Source of the DNA: Chthonomonas calidirosea
GTDB lineage: Bacteria; Armatimonadota; Fimbriimonadia; Fimbriimonadales; Fimbriimonadaceae
Direction of reading: 5' to 3'
Length of the DNA: 64,000 nucleotides
NCBI GenBank assembly: GCA_945859975.1
Contig: CAMAPH010000001.1
Location: 32,001-96,000, forward strand
A model generated the notes under the pieces. The model had not been told where the DNA came from. It ran no database searches and worked only from the letters and a program-made list of their open reading frames with translations. A program made the translations under genes and the position numbers. Shown piece after piece: positions 38,082-47,844 of this stretch; position 1 is the stretch's first letter; the number at the start of each line of letters is the position of its first letter.

Positions 38082-39293
38082 CTAAAGCCGGTCCAACCAG
38101 CGGGTCAGAAATTGCCGTTCCAGCATATTTTGCGTGCTCGCCAGGGCCAAGTTGAGCGAGTCCCGTGCCTCCATAGGTCGGCCCATCCTCTCCAATAGCC
38201 ATCCGTGGATGGTGTGGGTATGAACGTAACCGACGAGGCTTCGCCGGTCGGCACTTACGACTGCTTCCCATCTCTGTAGGCCCGCGATCGGTCCCTCTGC
38301 CATCGCAATCGCGACGCACTCGTTCAGGCAGGCAATGGGTGACGGAAACCGTTCTACGAGATCGCCAAAGTACTGCCGAACTTCCACCCAATCCGTCGCC
38401 TCAAAGCTGGCAGCTCGGGCGTGGCAGCCGGCGATCGCTGCCTCAATGTGATACCGGCTGAGGATATCTCCCCGCAAAGAGGCTTCCAGGTACCAAAAGC
38501 CAGCCGCGATCCGCTCCCGATCCCACAAAGATCGATCCTGATCTGCCAACTGAACTAGGCTGCCATCTTCGGCCACTCGCGCCGGAAACCGGGAACGGTG
38601 AAAGTGAAGGAGCGCCAGCAATGCATCCGCAGCCGGATCGTCTCCAATTCGGGAAGCCCGAAATCTCTCGACTAACAGGATTGCCTCGTCACAAAGGTCA
38701 GAACGCACAAGCTGGCTGCCAGAAGACGCCAAATGCCCCTCGTTAAACATGAGATAGATCGATCTCAGGACCACGTCCTTTGCGCTGAAGAGCTGATCTC
38801 CGGTCGGGAGGCTGAAGGTGGCTCCGGTCTCCCGTAAGCGTCGCTTTGCTCGGACAATCCGCTGAGAAATGGCTTCGCTAGTGGTAAGCAGTCCTGCCGA
38901 AATTTCAGCGACGCTCATTCCGCAAAGGGTGTGAAGAATGAGACAAGTCGTCGACGCCTCGTCTAGGCTGCGATGGCAGCACATGAAGAGCATCTGCAAC
39001 TCCGCGTCCTCCAGCGCATCCGGGTCAAAAGTCGGAGCGGCGAGTTCCTCTGATTCGGGCGCATAAATCTGCTCCCGTCGCAAGCCGTCAATCAGGGCAT
39101 GCGTTGCGACTACATAAAGCCAAGCGCCTGGGTTCTGAGGAACGCCACTCGCGGGCCAGGATTGGGTTGCCTTTACAAAGGCCGACTGGACGGCATCCTC
39201 CGCGCGATCCTGATTCCCAATCCCAAATCGAGCCACTAGCCGAGCAAGAATCCTGGAGGATTCGCGGCGAAACGAAACCTCCAGTTCTTTCAA
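38082..39293 (-). CDS. ECF sigma factor with C-terminal TPR-like extension (ECF42 type)
   Basis: AEDAVQSAF, WP..GVP.NPGAWL, LFMCCH, IYLMFNEG, LADQDRSLWD; next to a DGPF gene. Confidence 0.9.
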   Translation of the reverse strand: MKELEVSFRRESSRILARLVARFGIGNQDRAEDAVQSAFVKATQSWPASGVPQNPGAWLYVVATHALIDGLRREQIYAPESEELAAPTFDPDALEDAELQMLFMCCHRSLDEASTTCLILHTLCGMSVAEISAGLLTTSEAISQRIVRAKRRLRETGATFSLPTGDQLFSAKDVVLRSIYLMFNEGHLASSGSQLVRSDLCDEAILLVERFRASRIGDDPAADALLALLHFHRSRFPARVAEDGSLVQLADQDRSLWDRERIAAGFWYLEASLRGDILSRYHIEAAIAGCHARAASFEATDWVEVRQYFGDLVERFPSPIACLNECVAIAMAEGPIAGLQRWEAVVSADRRSLVGYVHTHTIHGWLLERMGRPMEARDSLNLALASTQNMLERQFLTRWLDRL

Positions 39294-39299
39294 TTGACC

Positions 39300-39632
39300 T
39301 CAGTAGCTCATTTGAGCGCGAAGTTCGATGTTTCCGCCGTACTCCAAAGACGGACAGTCCTTGGCAATTGCGGTCGCTTCATCCCAGTCAGCGGCCGTAA
39401 AGACGTAGTAGCCGCCGATCATCTCTTTAGCTTCTGCGAACGGACCGTCGGTGGCAACCCCTTCTGCTCCGATCCGAACAATCTTTGCGTCCAGTCCTTC
39501 AGCGTCAACGAACCGCCCTTCTTCTCGAAGTCGAGCCGCAAAAGCCTGGTACTTCTGCAAACCTTCCTGCATCTGGGCGGGCGAAAGCTCGGCCCACTTA
39601 TCTTCACCTTTGATCAAGATCACGAATTTCAT
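39300..39632 (-). CDS. YciI-family DGPF protein
   Basis: TDGPFAEAKEMIGGYY motif. Confidence 0.93.
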   Translation of the reverse strand: MKFVILIKGEDKWAELSPAQMQEGLQKYQAFAARLREEGRFVDAEGLDAKIVRIGAEGVATDGPFAEAKEMIGGYYVFTAADWDEATAIAKDCPSLEYGGNIELRAQMSY

Positions 39633-39669
39633 GTTTTTTCCTGCGAGCAGATCGGCTCGTCACTAGCTT

Positions 39670-39696
39670 GCCGAACGGGAGTCCACAAAACCGACA
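39670..39696 (-). promoter_or_regulatory. Putative ECF42-type promoter
   Basis: TGTCGG...CGTTCGGC upstream of the DGPF gene resembles the TGTCG(A) -35 / CG(A/T)C -10 pattern described for ECF42. Confidence 0.55.
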
Positions 39697-39703
39697 AGCA
39701 TTT

Positions 39704-40852
39704 TCAGACTTTTTCGAGAACGGGCAAAATTTCCTCGACGACCGTTTTTTCGCCGACGCCAAAACTCAGCGTCATCCCCGCTCCGCCGATCGCGCCGACC
39801 ACAAAGACGTTCGGCTCAGGTTTCAGAACGAGATAGGGCTCCGTCGGGTGTTTGCCGTACACACCTTCCCACCGTTGCGTGATCGCGAGTTTGTCCGTTG
39901 GAAGGAACGTATCCAGATAGCCGAGAATCATGTCGTCCACGGCTTCGCTGGAATACGGCATGTGGTGCGGGCCGTAATGGTGCGAGTCGCCAATCGTGAC
40001 CGAGCCATCGGCATGTTGACTCACCAGCACATGAACGCCGTTCTCCAACAGCGGCGCATGATCGGCCTCGAGCCGTGCCCGAAGCTGCGGAAGAGTTGGG
40101 CAGTCTCGGAAGCTTTGGTAATGAAGCGAGGTCAAACCAGCACACAAGTGGGTTCCGATCCGATAGCTAGCTTCCTGCGGCGTGGCCCGAAGCATTTGCA
40201 AACGAACCTGAACCATGCCGTTCTCGACAAGTAGCGGACCGTAAACACCCGAAACTCCGGCACCGGGACAGACGACAATGGCCCGGGCTGAGATCCGCGC
40301 GGAATCGGTGACGACCTCACCTTGATCCACCACGAGCGCCGAGTCGCCAAACCGAAAGTCGACATCGAACTTTGTCGTGAGATACGACGCGATTTCCGCG
40401 ACCGCAGTCCTCGGATCGACGCAAAGCTCATGCGGTGACCACAAACCGCCTAGGAGGCCTTCCTGACGCAGTTGCGGGGCTTTTTGAAGCGCCGCGTCAT
40501 GCGAGAGAACAACTCCAACCTCTTCTCCCGCACTGGCCGCGAACTCGTTAAGAACTTGCAGTTCGTCCTCGTGGTAAGCGACGTGGAGCGACCCGCACGC
40601 TTCGAACCACAATCCGGCATCCTGGCAAACCTCCCGCCATAGGTCTCGACTTTGGAGCGCTAAGTCACGCATCGGGCCAAGAGGTTGCCCAATGGGCCAG
40701 ACCATTCCAAAGTTACGCACCGAGGCCGAAGACGCGAAGGGGTGCCGCTCGATGACCGTGACCCGATGGCCACGTTTGGCGAGGGCATAGGCATGGGCAA
40801 GCCCGACAATTCCCGCCCCTACCACCACCGCATCGGTCTGCTGACGAATCAT
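39704..40852 (-). CDS. FAD-dependent oxidoreductase, TIGR03364 (phosphonate-associated) type
   Basis: VVGAGIVGLAHA, ASVRNFGMVW, IGDSHHY, WEGVY, GGAGMTLSFG. Start ATG 40852. Confidence 0.88.
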   Translation of the reverse strand: MIRQQTDAVVVGAGIVGLAHAYALAKRGHRVTVIERHPFASSASVRNFGMVWPIGQPLGPMRDLALQSRDLWREVCQDAGLWFEACGSLHVAYHEDELQVLNEFAASAGEEVGVVLSHDAALQKAPQLRQEGLLGGLWSPHELCVDPRTAVAEIASYLTTKFDVDFRFGDSALVVDQGEVVTDSARISARAIVVCPGAGVSGVYGPLLVENGMVQVRLQMLRATPQEASYRIGTHLCAGLTSLHYQSFRDCPTLPQLRARLEADHAPLLENGVHVLVSQHADGSVTIGDSHHYGPHHMPYSSEAVDDMILGYLDTFLPTDKLAITQRWEGVYGKHPTEPYLVLKPEPNVFVVGAIGGAGMTLSFGVGEKTVVEEILPVLEKV

Positions 40853-40905
40853 ACAACGGATTTTACTAAGGCAGATATCGTGAGTTCGCAAGGTACAACG
40901 CGTGC

Positions 40906-41592
40906 ATGTTCGATTTGGCAGTTTTCGATTTGGCGGGCACAACGGTGATGGATGATCCAAATGGCGTGGCAAAGTGCCTCGTGGATGCGGTCGTTGCCGG
41001 CGGGTTTGAGACCAGTTTTGAGCAGGCCAACGAATACATGGGCATCAAGAAGATCGTTGCGATCCGGAAATTAGCTCCCACCGCATCGGACGAGGCCGTC
41101 GAAGCGATGCACGAAGACTTTCGGCAACGAATGCTGACCTACTATCGAACCGAACCTAGCGTCGGCGCCTATGCTGGAATCGAGGTTCTGTTCTCAGAAC
41201 TCCAATCTTGCGGGGTCAAAATCGGAATCGACACCGGCTTCGATACTGAAACTGTGGACACCATTTTGGACCGCCTCGGATGGCACGACAAGCTCGATGC
41301 TCGGTCTGCCAGCGACCGAGTGCCCGAAGGACGCCCCGCGCCATTTATGATCCAAGACCTCATGGCCCAGGTCGGCTGCCAAGACCCCGGTCAGGTGATC
41401 AAAATCGGCGACACTCCCAGCGACCTGCACGAAGGCACCAATGCCGGATGCGGCTTGGTGATTGGCGTTACTTACGGTACGCATACTCGGGAGCAGTTGC
41501 AGCCACATCCCCACACCCACCTTGTGGACAGCGTTGAAGAGCTACACACGCTCCTTTTGATGATGCTCGCTAGTTCACTTCTGGACTTGTGA
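40906..41592 (+). CDS. Phosphonatase-like HAD hydrolase (PhnX-like)
   Basis: FDLAGTT, MGxx[22 protein letters not shown]. Confidence 0.85.
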   Translation: MFDLAVFDLAGTTVMDDPNGVAKCLVDAVVAGGFETSFEQANEYMGIKKIVAIRKLAPTASDEAVEAMHEDFRQRMLTYYRTEPSVGAYAGIEVLFSELQSCGVKIGIDTGFDTETVDTILDRLGWHDKLDARSASDRVPEGRPAPFMIQDLMAQVGCQDPGQVIKIGDTPSDLHEGTNAGCGLVIGVTYGTHTREQLQPHPHTHLVDSVEELHTLLLMMLASSLLDL

Positions 41593-43455
41593 GCCTGCGA
41601 CCACGCCCCGAAGGTAGCCCACAAGGAGCGCGATATCGGACGGGCGCACACCAGGCACGCGCGACGCTTGTCCAACGGTGACTGGCTTGATGCGCGACAG
41701 CTTTTCGCGACTCTCGTAGCTCAGGCCATTCATCGCGTGGTAATCCCATTCCGACGGAATCGGCATATCATCGAGCTTTCTTGACTGGTTCGCCAGCTTC
41801 GTTTGCTTATCGATATAGCCGTCAAATACGGCGGCAAGCTCGATCTGCTCCAGCACGTCTCGATCGGTCGAGATACCGAGGTTTGGGAACATCTGAAGCA
41901 CCCCGGCGAGACGCAATTCGGGACGCTTGACCAAATCGAAAAGTGATGCTTTGCTCGCGAGCGGCTTACTTCCGAAGGCAGTCAGCATTTCAGAATCAGC
42001 TGGGAATACGAAGCGATTTTCGAGCTCGGCGCGACCACGAGCGATCGCCTCTTGCTTCGTCTGGAATCGCTCCCAGCGCATTTCTGAGCACAGGCCAAGC
42101 TCTCGCGCCATTGGGGTTAGCCGGACATCGGCATTGTCGTTCCTCAAAAGCAGGCGATGCTCGGCGCGAGCCGTGAGCATTCGGTACGGATCGTCAACGC
42201 CTTTCGTGACAAGGTCGTCGACCATGACGCCGATAAAGCTGTTATCTCTCGGGAACCAGACGGGCGCCTCGCCTTCGGAATACTTGGCCGCGTTGATGCC
42301 CGCCACAATGCCCTGCCCGCCCGCTTCTTCGTAGCCGCTTGTACCGTTCAACTGCCCTGCCAAAAATAGGCCAGGAACATGCTTCGCCATGAGCGCAGGG
42401 GAAAGTTGAAGCGGATCGACCATGTCGTACTCAACCGCGTAGCCTGGTCGGATCATCTCAACATTCTCGAGCCCACCGATGGTCTTCAGAAGAGCAAGCT
42501 GAACATCAGCCGGGAGGCTGGTGGAAACGCCCTGAACGTACACTTCTTCGCCCGTCCAGGTCTCCTGCTCCAGCCAGACCGGGTGGGAATCCTTGTCTGC
42601 AAACCGGACAATTTTGTCCTCGATGCTGGGGCAGTATCGCGGTCCAACGCCTTCGATTTGGCCACCGTACATGGCGCTTTGGTGCAGGTTCTCGTGCACG
42701 ACCTCGTGAGTCGCGAGAGACGTGTGCGTTTGCCAACACGGCAACAGGTCGTGCTTCGGCATCGTTCGAGAGTGAAGGAAGCTGAACGGACCCGCGTCGT
42801 CTTCGCTCGGGGTTTCAAGCGTCTTCGTGAAGTCAACGCTCGAAAGCCTAATCCGCGGCGTTGTTCCGGTCTTGAACCGGCGGATATGAAAACCTAGATC
42901 GTGCAGCGATGCGGATAGCCCGATTGAGGCTTGATCGCCGTGACGCGCCGCGACGGTCTTCTCTTTTCCGAGATGGCAAAGCCCGTTCAAAAAAGTTCCG
43001 GTCGTCAGAACGACGGCTCTCGCGGAGATCACCGTTCCGTCAGCGAGTTCCACTCCGGTTACCGCTCCATTTTCGGTGACTACCCTCTCCACGCTTGCGG
43101 AAATCAGCGTGAGTCCGAGTTGGGTTTCGACCACCTGTCGCATGTACTGCGGATAGAGGTCCTTACAAACGTGAGCTCTGATCGTCTGAACCGCTGGTCC
43201 ACGTCCGGTTCCAACCCGGCGGATATGGGTCAGCGTGTGATCGGTCGTCACGCCCATCTGGCCACCGATCGCATCAATCTCGCGAGCAATGTGGCCCTTT
43301 GCCGGCCCGCCGATGCTGCAATTACACGGGAGATATCCAATGCGATCAAGACGCATTGTGATGCACGCCACTTTTCGGCCCATCCGGGCGGCGGAAAGTG
43401 CGGCTTCGATGCCCGCATGGCCAGCACCGACCACAATGACGTCGAACTCGTTCAC
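41575..43455 (-). CDS. mnmG: tRNA U34 modification enzyme MnmG (GidA)
   Basis: [60 protein letters not shown]. Confidence 0.97.
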   Translation of the reverse strand: MNEFDVIVVGAGHAGIEAALSAARMGRKVACITMRLDRIGYLPCNCSIGGPAKGHIAREIDAIGGQMGVTTDHTLTHIRRVGTGRGPAVQTIRAHVCKDLYPQYMRQVVETQLGLTLISASVERVVTENGAVTGVELADGTVISARAVVLTTGTFLNGLCHLGKEKTVAARHGDQASIGLSASLHDLGFHIRRFKTGTTPRIRLSSVDFTKTLETPSEDDAGPFSFLHSRTMPKHDLLPCWQTHTSLATHEVVHENLHQSAMYGGQIEGVGPRYCPSIEDKIVRFADKDSHPVWLEQETWTGEEVYVQGVSTSLPADVQLALLKTIGGLENVEMIRPGYAVEYDMVDPLQLSPALMAKHVPGLFLAGQLNGTSGYEEAGGQGIVAGINAAKYSEGEAPVWFPRDNSFIGVMVDDLVTKGVDDPYRMLTARAEHRLLLRNDNADVRLTPMARELGLCSEMRWERFQTKQEAIARGRAELENRFVFPADSEMLTAFGSKPLASKASLFDLVKRPELRLAGVLQMFPNLGISTDRDVLEQIELAAVFDGYIDKQTKLANQSRKLDDMPIPSEWDYHAMNGLSYESREKLSRIKPVTVGQASRVPGVRPSDIALLVGYLRGVVAGSQVQK

Positions 43456-43478
43456 TTGGAAAGTGTACTAGGTTAGTT

Positions 43479-44090
43479 CTAACCGACCGACGTTTCTCGA
43501 CCTTCAAGGCAAGCCAACATCACCGCCGCCGCGAGTCCGAGCCGACGATCGAACTGACTCGCCGGCACGAGATATCGAACGGTTAGCCGATACGTGAGCG
43601 GATTCCAGTTCTGGGAGTACCGCGCAACCTTTTTCCCAGCGATCTTCAGGTCGTACTTCTGCGGGATCAAGTTGAAAAGCAATTTACGGACGATGGACAG
43701 GAGCAAGCTGTCCTCCCTGAGTTCGCCAATTTCCCGCCCCCAAGCATCGTAAATCCGAAAATCATCGTTTCCGATCTTGTGGATCACGCCGATCTTTTGG
43801 TTCGACATGAGGTCAACGATGTCGTGCGGTTGGTAGCCAATCACTTGCGGCGCCGTGAACGCACCCAGGACAGGCCGGGTTTGCGCTTCGTCGAGAAAAA
43901 CTCGGATCGGTGCTTTGATCATGAGCCCTTCCTGCTCAACCGTCAGCACGACTTTGCCGCGCTCCAGGATTCGGAGTTTCTTGCCAAGCAAGCGTACGAC
44001 CTGCTTCTTCAGGAGAAGATCAGAGGCGTTGAGGATCGCAGAAAACTGCGCCTCATCTCGGGGTGAAGGAACGAGCGGTGGGTAATTGAT
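43479..44090 (-). CDS. LURP-one/scramblase-like hypothetical protein, paralog 2
   Basis: Clear paralog of 44122..44748 (YDAWGREIG, RRLGLA, EGR). Similarity extends upstream of TTG 43991; proposed ATC start at 44090. Confidence 0.7.
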   Translation of the reverse strand: MNYPPLVPSPRDEAQFSAILNASDLLLKKQVVRLLGKKLRILERGKVVLTVEQEGLMIKAPIRVFLDEAQTRPVLGAFTAPQVIGYQPHDIVDLMSNQKIGVIHKIGNDDFRIYDAWGREIGELREDSLLLSIVRKLLFNLIPQKYDLKIAGKKVARYSQNWNPLTYRLTVRYLVPASQFDRRLGLAAAVMLACLEGRETSVG

Positions 44091-44121
44091 TGAAAAGCTC
44101 CACCGCTCGCGGATTGAGTAT

Positions 44122-44748
44122 TTAGTTCTGGCGGCCTTCGATGCAGCCGAGCAATAACGCCCCGGCCAGCCCGATCCGCCGGTCGAACTGCTCCGGCGGG
44201 ACCATGAACTGGATCTTAAGGTTGTAGGTGAATGGATTGAACGTCTGCTTCAAGTCCACCGTTCTGGCACCACCAATCGTCAGGTCAAAGTTCTGCGGAA
44301 CGAGGTTCGAGAGGAATCTTCGGACCAACGCCAGGATCAAATGATCCTCTTTGATCTGGCCAATCTCCCGCTCCCAGGCATCATAGACAATCCAGGTGTC
44401 TTGGATGATGCTCTGGAGGCCCTTCCGCTCGAACACGCCGATGCGCTGGTTCGTTTCCAAGTCGACGACGTCGTACTTTGCGGAGAAGTCAATAATCTGG
44501 CGCGCAAAGATTCCGATGACCGGAACTTGGCAAGGCTCGTCGAGGCAAATACGCAACTCTTCCTTAAGCTTGAAGCCCTTTTGCTCCGCGAAAAGGACTG
44601 GCTGCTCGCCCGCCAAGAACTTAAATTTTTTGCCAACCAGCTTCAAGATCTTCCGCTTCATGAAAAGCTCGGGTTGGTTGAGGGCCGCGACCAGTTGGGA
44701 CTGGTTCGCGGACAAAGGCTGATTTTGCGAAATAATTTCGGGCTGCAT
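44122..44748 (-). CDS. LURP-one/scramblase-like hypothetical protein, paralog 1
   Basis: EQKGFKLKEELR, ARQIIDFSAKYDV, DRRIGLA...IEGRQ. Confidence 0.8.
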   Translation of the reverse strand: MQPEIISQNQPLSANQSQLVAALNQPELFMKRKILKLVGKKFKFLAGEQPVLFAEQKGFKLKEELRICLDEPCQVPVIGIFARQIIDFSAKYDVVDLETNQRIGVFERKGLQSIIQDTWIVYDAWEREIGQIKEDHLILALVRRFLSNLVPQNFDLTIGGARTVDLKQTFNPFTYNLKIQFMVPPEQFDRRIGLAGALLLGCIEGRQN

Positions 44749-44750
44749 CG

Positions 44751-45098
44751 CTACTCATCCACGCGGGAGAAGTAGATCACCGTCACCCGATGCTCTGGCG
44801 TGATCAGCTCACCGTAGATGCGGCTCATCATTGCAAGAACGTCGTCTCCGGATCGAAACTCTGGGTTCTCTCGCTCAATATCTCGCGGACTGAGTTCCGC
44901 AATTGTTTTGACTTCTACCCGATCTAATATTGCACTGTAAAGCTTTTGCCGTCTTCCAAACCTTGGGCCGACCGTAATCCAAACAATCATGCCGGTCTTG
45001 TACTTGTCCGACTTGTCGCCAAGTCGAATCGTGACGGTTTTGCGGTTGTTCCGAAGCACGTCACCGTAGAGGTCAGTGTAAAAGTTCAGGGCGTACAT
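44751..45098 (-). CDS. ASCH-domain protein
   Basis: LNF, RKTVTIR, terminal VTVIYF. Confidence 0.82.
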   Translation of the reverse strand: MYALNFYTDLYGDVLRNNRKTVTIRLGDKSDKYKTGMIVWITVGPRFGRRQKLYSAILDRVEVKTIAELSPRDIERENPEFRSGDDVLAMMSRIYGELITPEHRVTVIYFSRVDE

Positions 45099-45310
45099 AA
45101 GACTTTGGTCACAGGCGGACTGTCCGGCGGACTGCCCATTCTGAATGTTTTTTCAGGATATCGCAACCAAATCCCGCAGAAACGGGACCACGCAACGTCT
45201 GTTTGAATACGTAGAGTAAAGTCATATCGGTCGGAATACGCACGAAGCTGTGCCCGCCGCTTGTCAAAATAACGGTTCCGAATGCAACGCCGCGTTCAAC
45301 TGCACACGAC

Positions 45311-45823
45311 ATGTGGAAACAAATCGCTCCTTGGCAACTGAAGCAGTTGCAGCGTCTCTCTTCGCTTGATCCCGAGCGATGCGAAACGTTTCTTAACACC
45401 CTCTTCCGGCAGGTGCCTGGGTTGTACGAGGATCTTGTGATCATGGCCGTGGATGCGAACGAACTGTCTGCCGAGAAGGCGGGTGAGCTTCTTCAAGTAC
45501 CAAGTGCCGAGATTGATGCGCGGCTGCAAGTATTCCGCCGGCTTGAAGCCGTGGCCGAGCAGCAGATCACCCGCGATGGAGAATCGCAAATTGCTCGCTT
45601 GCAGTCAGGCGGCGTTGCGATTTGGGAGATTGTTCGCGAGCTACGAAAGCTTGGATCGGTCGAACGACTCGAATCGAGCTTCCCTTCCCTTTCTCGCGGC
45701 GACATTGCGGCTGCCTTGCGCTACGCCCAAAATCACCCCGAGGAAATCGAGTCTCAGATTCGACGCTACGAGGACTCGCTGACCTTCCGACGCTCGATGT
45801 ATCCCAACGTCGTTCACCAATAA
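45311..45823 (+). CDS. DUF433-domain protein with N-terminal HTH-like region
   Basis: VAIWEIV..FPSLSRGDIAAALRYAQNHPEEI is DUF433-like; ELSAEKAGELL is HTH-like. Confidence 0.8.
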   Translation: MWKQIAPWQLKQLQRLSSLDPERCETFLNTLFRQVPGLYEDLVIMAVDANELSAEKAGELLQVPSAEIDARLQVFRRLEAVAEQQITRDGESQIARLQSGGVAIWEIVRELRKLGSVERLESSFPSLSRGDIAAALRYAQNHPEEIESQIRRYEDSLTFRRSMYPNVVHQ

Positions 45824-45880
45824 CCGCATAGGCCCGAGGCCTTTGGCGGGCAAAAAGGTCGCTGGTACACTCCGCTTTCC

Positions 45881-46684
45881 ATGTTCCCGACGCTCTTTAA
45901 GTCCGGCTCGTTTGAGCTACCGAGCTTCGGGCTCTTGATGGTCATCGCGTTCTTCTCGGGTCTGTACATCGCCCAAAAGCGCGCTCCCCGCTTCGGCTTG
46001 ACTTCGGAAGATGTGATTGACTCGTTCCTTCCGATGCTCTTCGCAGGCGTCTTGGGAGCAAGAGTTATCTTTATCGCTCAAGAGTGGGGCTACTACAAAG
46101 ACCACATGAGCGAGCTTCTCACGCTGCGCTTCCAGGGGCTCACCAGTTTCGGCGGAATCCTGTTTGGCCTGATCGCCTGCATGATCTGGTGCAAGCGTAA
46201 AGGCTTCAGCTTTCCGCTTTACGGCGATCTCATCGCTCCTGCGTTCTTGCTTGGTCATGCGATCGGTCGCGTTGGCTGCTTCTTGAATGGGTGCTGCTTC
46301 GGCGGCGTTTGCCCACCCAATTTTCCGCTTGGAGTCAAGTTTGTCGGGCAGGAACTGCTGCACCACCCGGCCCAGCTTTACGACACGGCGATGAACCTAG
46401 CTGGCTTTGCCTTGCTACTCGCGTATGAGAAGCGGCCACATAGCCCAGGACAGACTTTCGGCTTGATGTTTATCCTCCACGGGACCGCGCGCTTCATCTA
46501 TGAGTTCTGGCGAGCAGGATCGGTGGAAGACGTTGCGCTCGGAAAGGCGAGTTCAACGTACATGGGTTCTTTGCCGATCACGGAGGCGCAAGTTGCAGCT
46601 CTCGTTCTGGTGGTCATTGGCGCCGTCCTCATGGCCGTGTTTGGCAGGAAAGGCATGGTTCAGCAAGAGTTGCGCACGGCATGA
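45881..46684 (+). CDS. lgt: Prolipoprotein diacylglyceryl transferase
   Basis: GARV, GLTSFGG, AIGRVGCFLNGCC, HPAQLY, RFIYEFWR. Confidence 0.95.
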   Translation: MFPTLFKSGSFELPSFGLLMVIAFFSGLYIAQKRAPRFGLTSEDVIDSFLPMLFAGVLGARVIFIAQEWGYYKDHMSELLTLRFQGLTSFGGILFGLIACMIWCKRKGFSFPLYGDLIAPAFLLGHAIGRVGCFLNGCCFGGVCPPNFPLGVKFVGQELLHHPAQLYDTAMNLAGFALLLAYEKRPHSPGQTFGLMFILHGTARFIYEFWRAGSVEDVALGKASSTYMGSLPITEAQVAALVLVVIGAVLMAVFGRKGMVQQELRTA

Positions 46685-47652
46685 CTTTTCGAGAACTACT
46701 CCACTCGTTTCAAGACCGCTCGGTTCTCGTCATCGGCGACGTGATGCTGGACGAGTACATCTACGGAACCGCCACCCGCATTTCGCCCGAAGCCCCGGTG
46801 ATGGTCATTCGTCACCGAGAAACCTCAGCAGTTCCGGGCGGAGCCGCCAATGTTGCGCTGAACGTTCTGGCCCTCGGTGGCCATGCGGCGATCATCGGCG
46901 TAACGGGGGCGGACGCTGCGGCGAAGGACTTCCAAGCCGCCATTTCAAACTCTGGGCTCGGCGGCAACTTTTTGGTCCAAGACCCTTCCCGACCGACCAC
47001 CAGGAAAACCCGGGTAGTTGCGAACTCCGCGCACCAAGTGCTTCGGATTGATCAAGAAGTCACCGAAGCCATTGATCGTGATGTCGAAGCGGCCCTGCTG
47101 GATCGCTTAGACTCCGCGATCGCTAATCAACGGCCAGATGCGATTTTGGCGTCGGACTACCAAAAGGGGTGCCTCACCGATTTCGTGATCTCAAGCGCAA
47201 AGGCGCGAGCGCATGACCTTGGCATTCCGTTTATCGCGAACGCAAAGCCCTCCACCGCGCATCGTTACGCCGGGGCGGCCCTCGTCAGCCTGAATAAGCC
47301 CGAGTCGGAGGCCCTGCTCGGACGCGAAATTCATCGTGAAGATGCCGTGCGTGCGGCTGAAGAGTTCAAGCAAGTAGTTGGTTGCCATCACGCCCTCGTG
47401 ACTTTAAGTGGTGACGGTATGGCGACCGAAGAGTTCTTGGTCGATCCGATTTCGGTGAATGTATTTGATCCAGCCGGCGCCGGGGACACCGCGATTGCGA
47501 CGATTGCGCTAGGACTCGCAGCCGTTGGATTCCAAAAAATCTGCTTCGATCTTGCTGCCCAAACCGCGGGTGCAGTGGTTCAGCGTATCGGAGTCGCCGT
47601 TCCAACGTCGGAAGATTTGGAACGAATAGCCTCACGAGGGTATCCTTTCTGA
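46681..47652 (+). CDS. D-glycero-manno-heptose-7-phosphate kinase (RfaE/HldE kinase domain, PfkB family)
   Basis: GDVMLDEY, RISPEAPV, GGAANVA, TTRKTR, SDYQKG, DPAGAGDT. Confidence 0.9.
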   Translation: MTFRELLHSFQDRSVLVIGDVMLDEYIYGTATRISPEAPVMVIRHRETSAVPGGAANVALNVLALGGHAAIIGVTGADAAAKDFQAAISNSGLGGNFLVQDPSRPTTRKTRVVANSAHQVLRIDQEVTEAIDRDVEAALLDRLDSAIANQRPDAILASDYQKGCLTDFVISSAKARAHDLGIPFIANAKPSTAHRYAGAALVSLNKPESEALLGREIHREDAVRAAEEFKQVVGCHHALVTLSGDGMATEEFLVDPISVNVFDPAGAGDTAIATIALGLAAVGFQKICFDLAAQTAGAVVQRIGVAVPTSEDLERIASRGYPF

Positions 47653-47674
47653 TCCAAGTTCAAGGGAACAATTT

Positions 47675-47839
47675 ATGAGAGTTCGAAACAAAGAAATTCG
47701 GCAGCGACGACATCGCAAGCTGCAAAAGATCAAGGAATCTATCAAAGAAGCGATCGCAAACAAGGACGAGAAGAAAGCGTCCGCTCCTAAGGCTGCTAAG
47801 CCAGCCGCAAAGAAAGCTCCAAAGAAAGCGGAAGCCTGA
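47675..47839 (+). CDS. Small highly basic protein (54 aa), possibly DUF6800-like
   Basis: Manual translation MRVRNKEIRQRRHRKLQKIKESIKEAIANKDEKKASAPKAAKPAAKKAPKKAEA; AAGGGA SD; fills the intergenic gap exactly; below the ORF-track cutoff. Confidence 0.8.
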   Translation: MRVRNKEIRQRRHRKLQKIKESIKEAIANKDEKKASAPKAAKPAAKKAPKKAEA

Positions 47840-47844
47840 TTCAG

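Noticed and set aside
39704..40972. 40-aa N-terminal extension of the FAD oxidoreductase overlapping the HAD gene
   Set aside because: The Rossmann motif begins right after ATG 40852, which has its own TAAAAT box.
45099..45310. Possible ncRNA in the 212-nt intergenic region (GGCGGACTG twice)
   Set aside because: No recognisable RNA family or convincing long stems; likely divergent promoters.
45109..45444. 111-aa minus-strand ORF upstream of ASCH
   Set aside because: Overlaps the DUF433 gene antisense and has no recognisable protein character.
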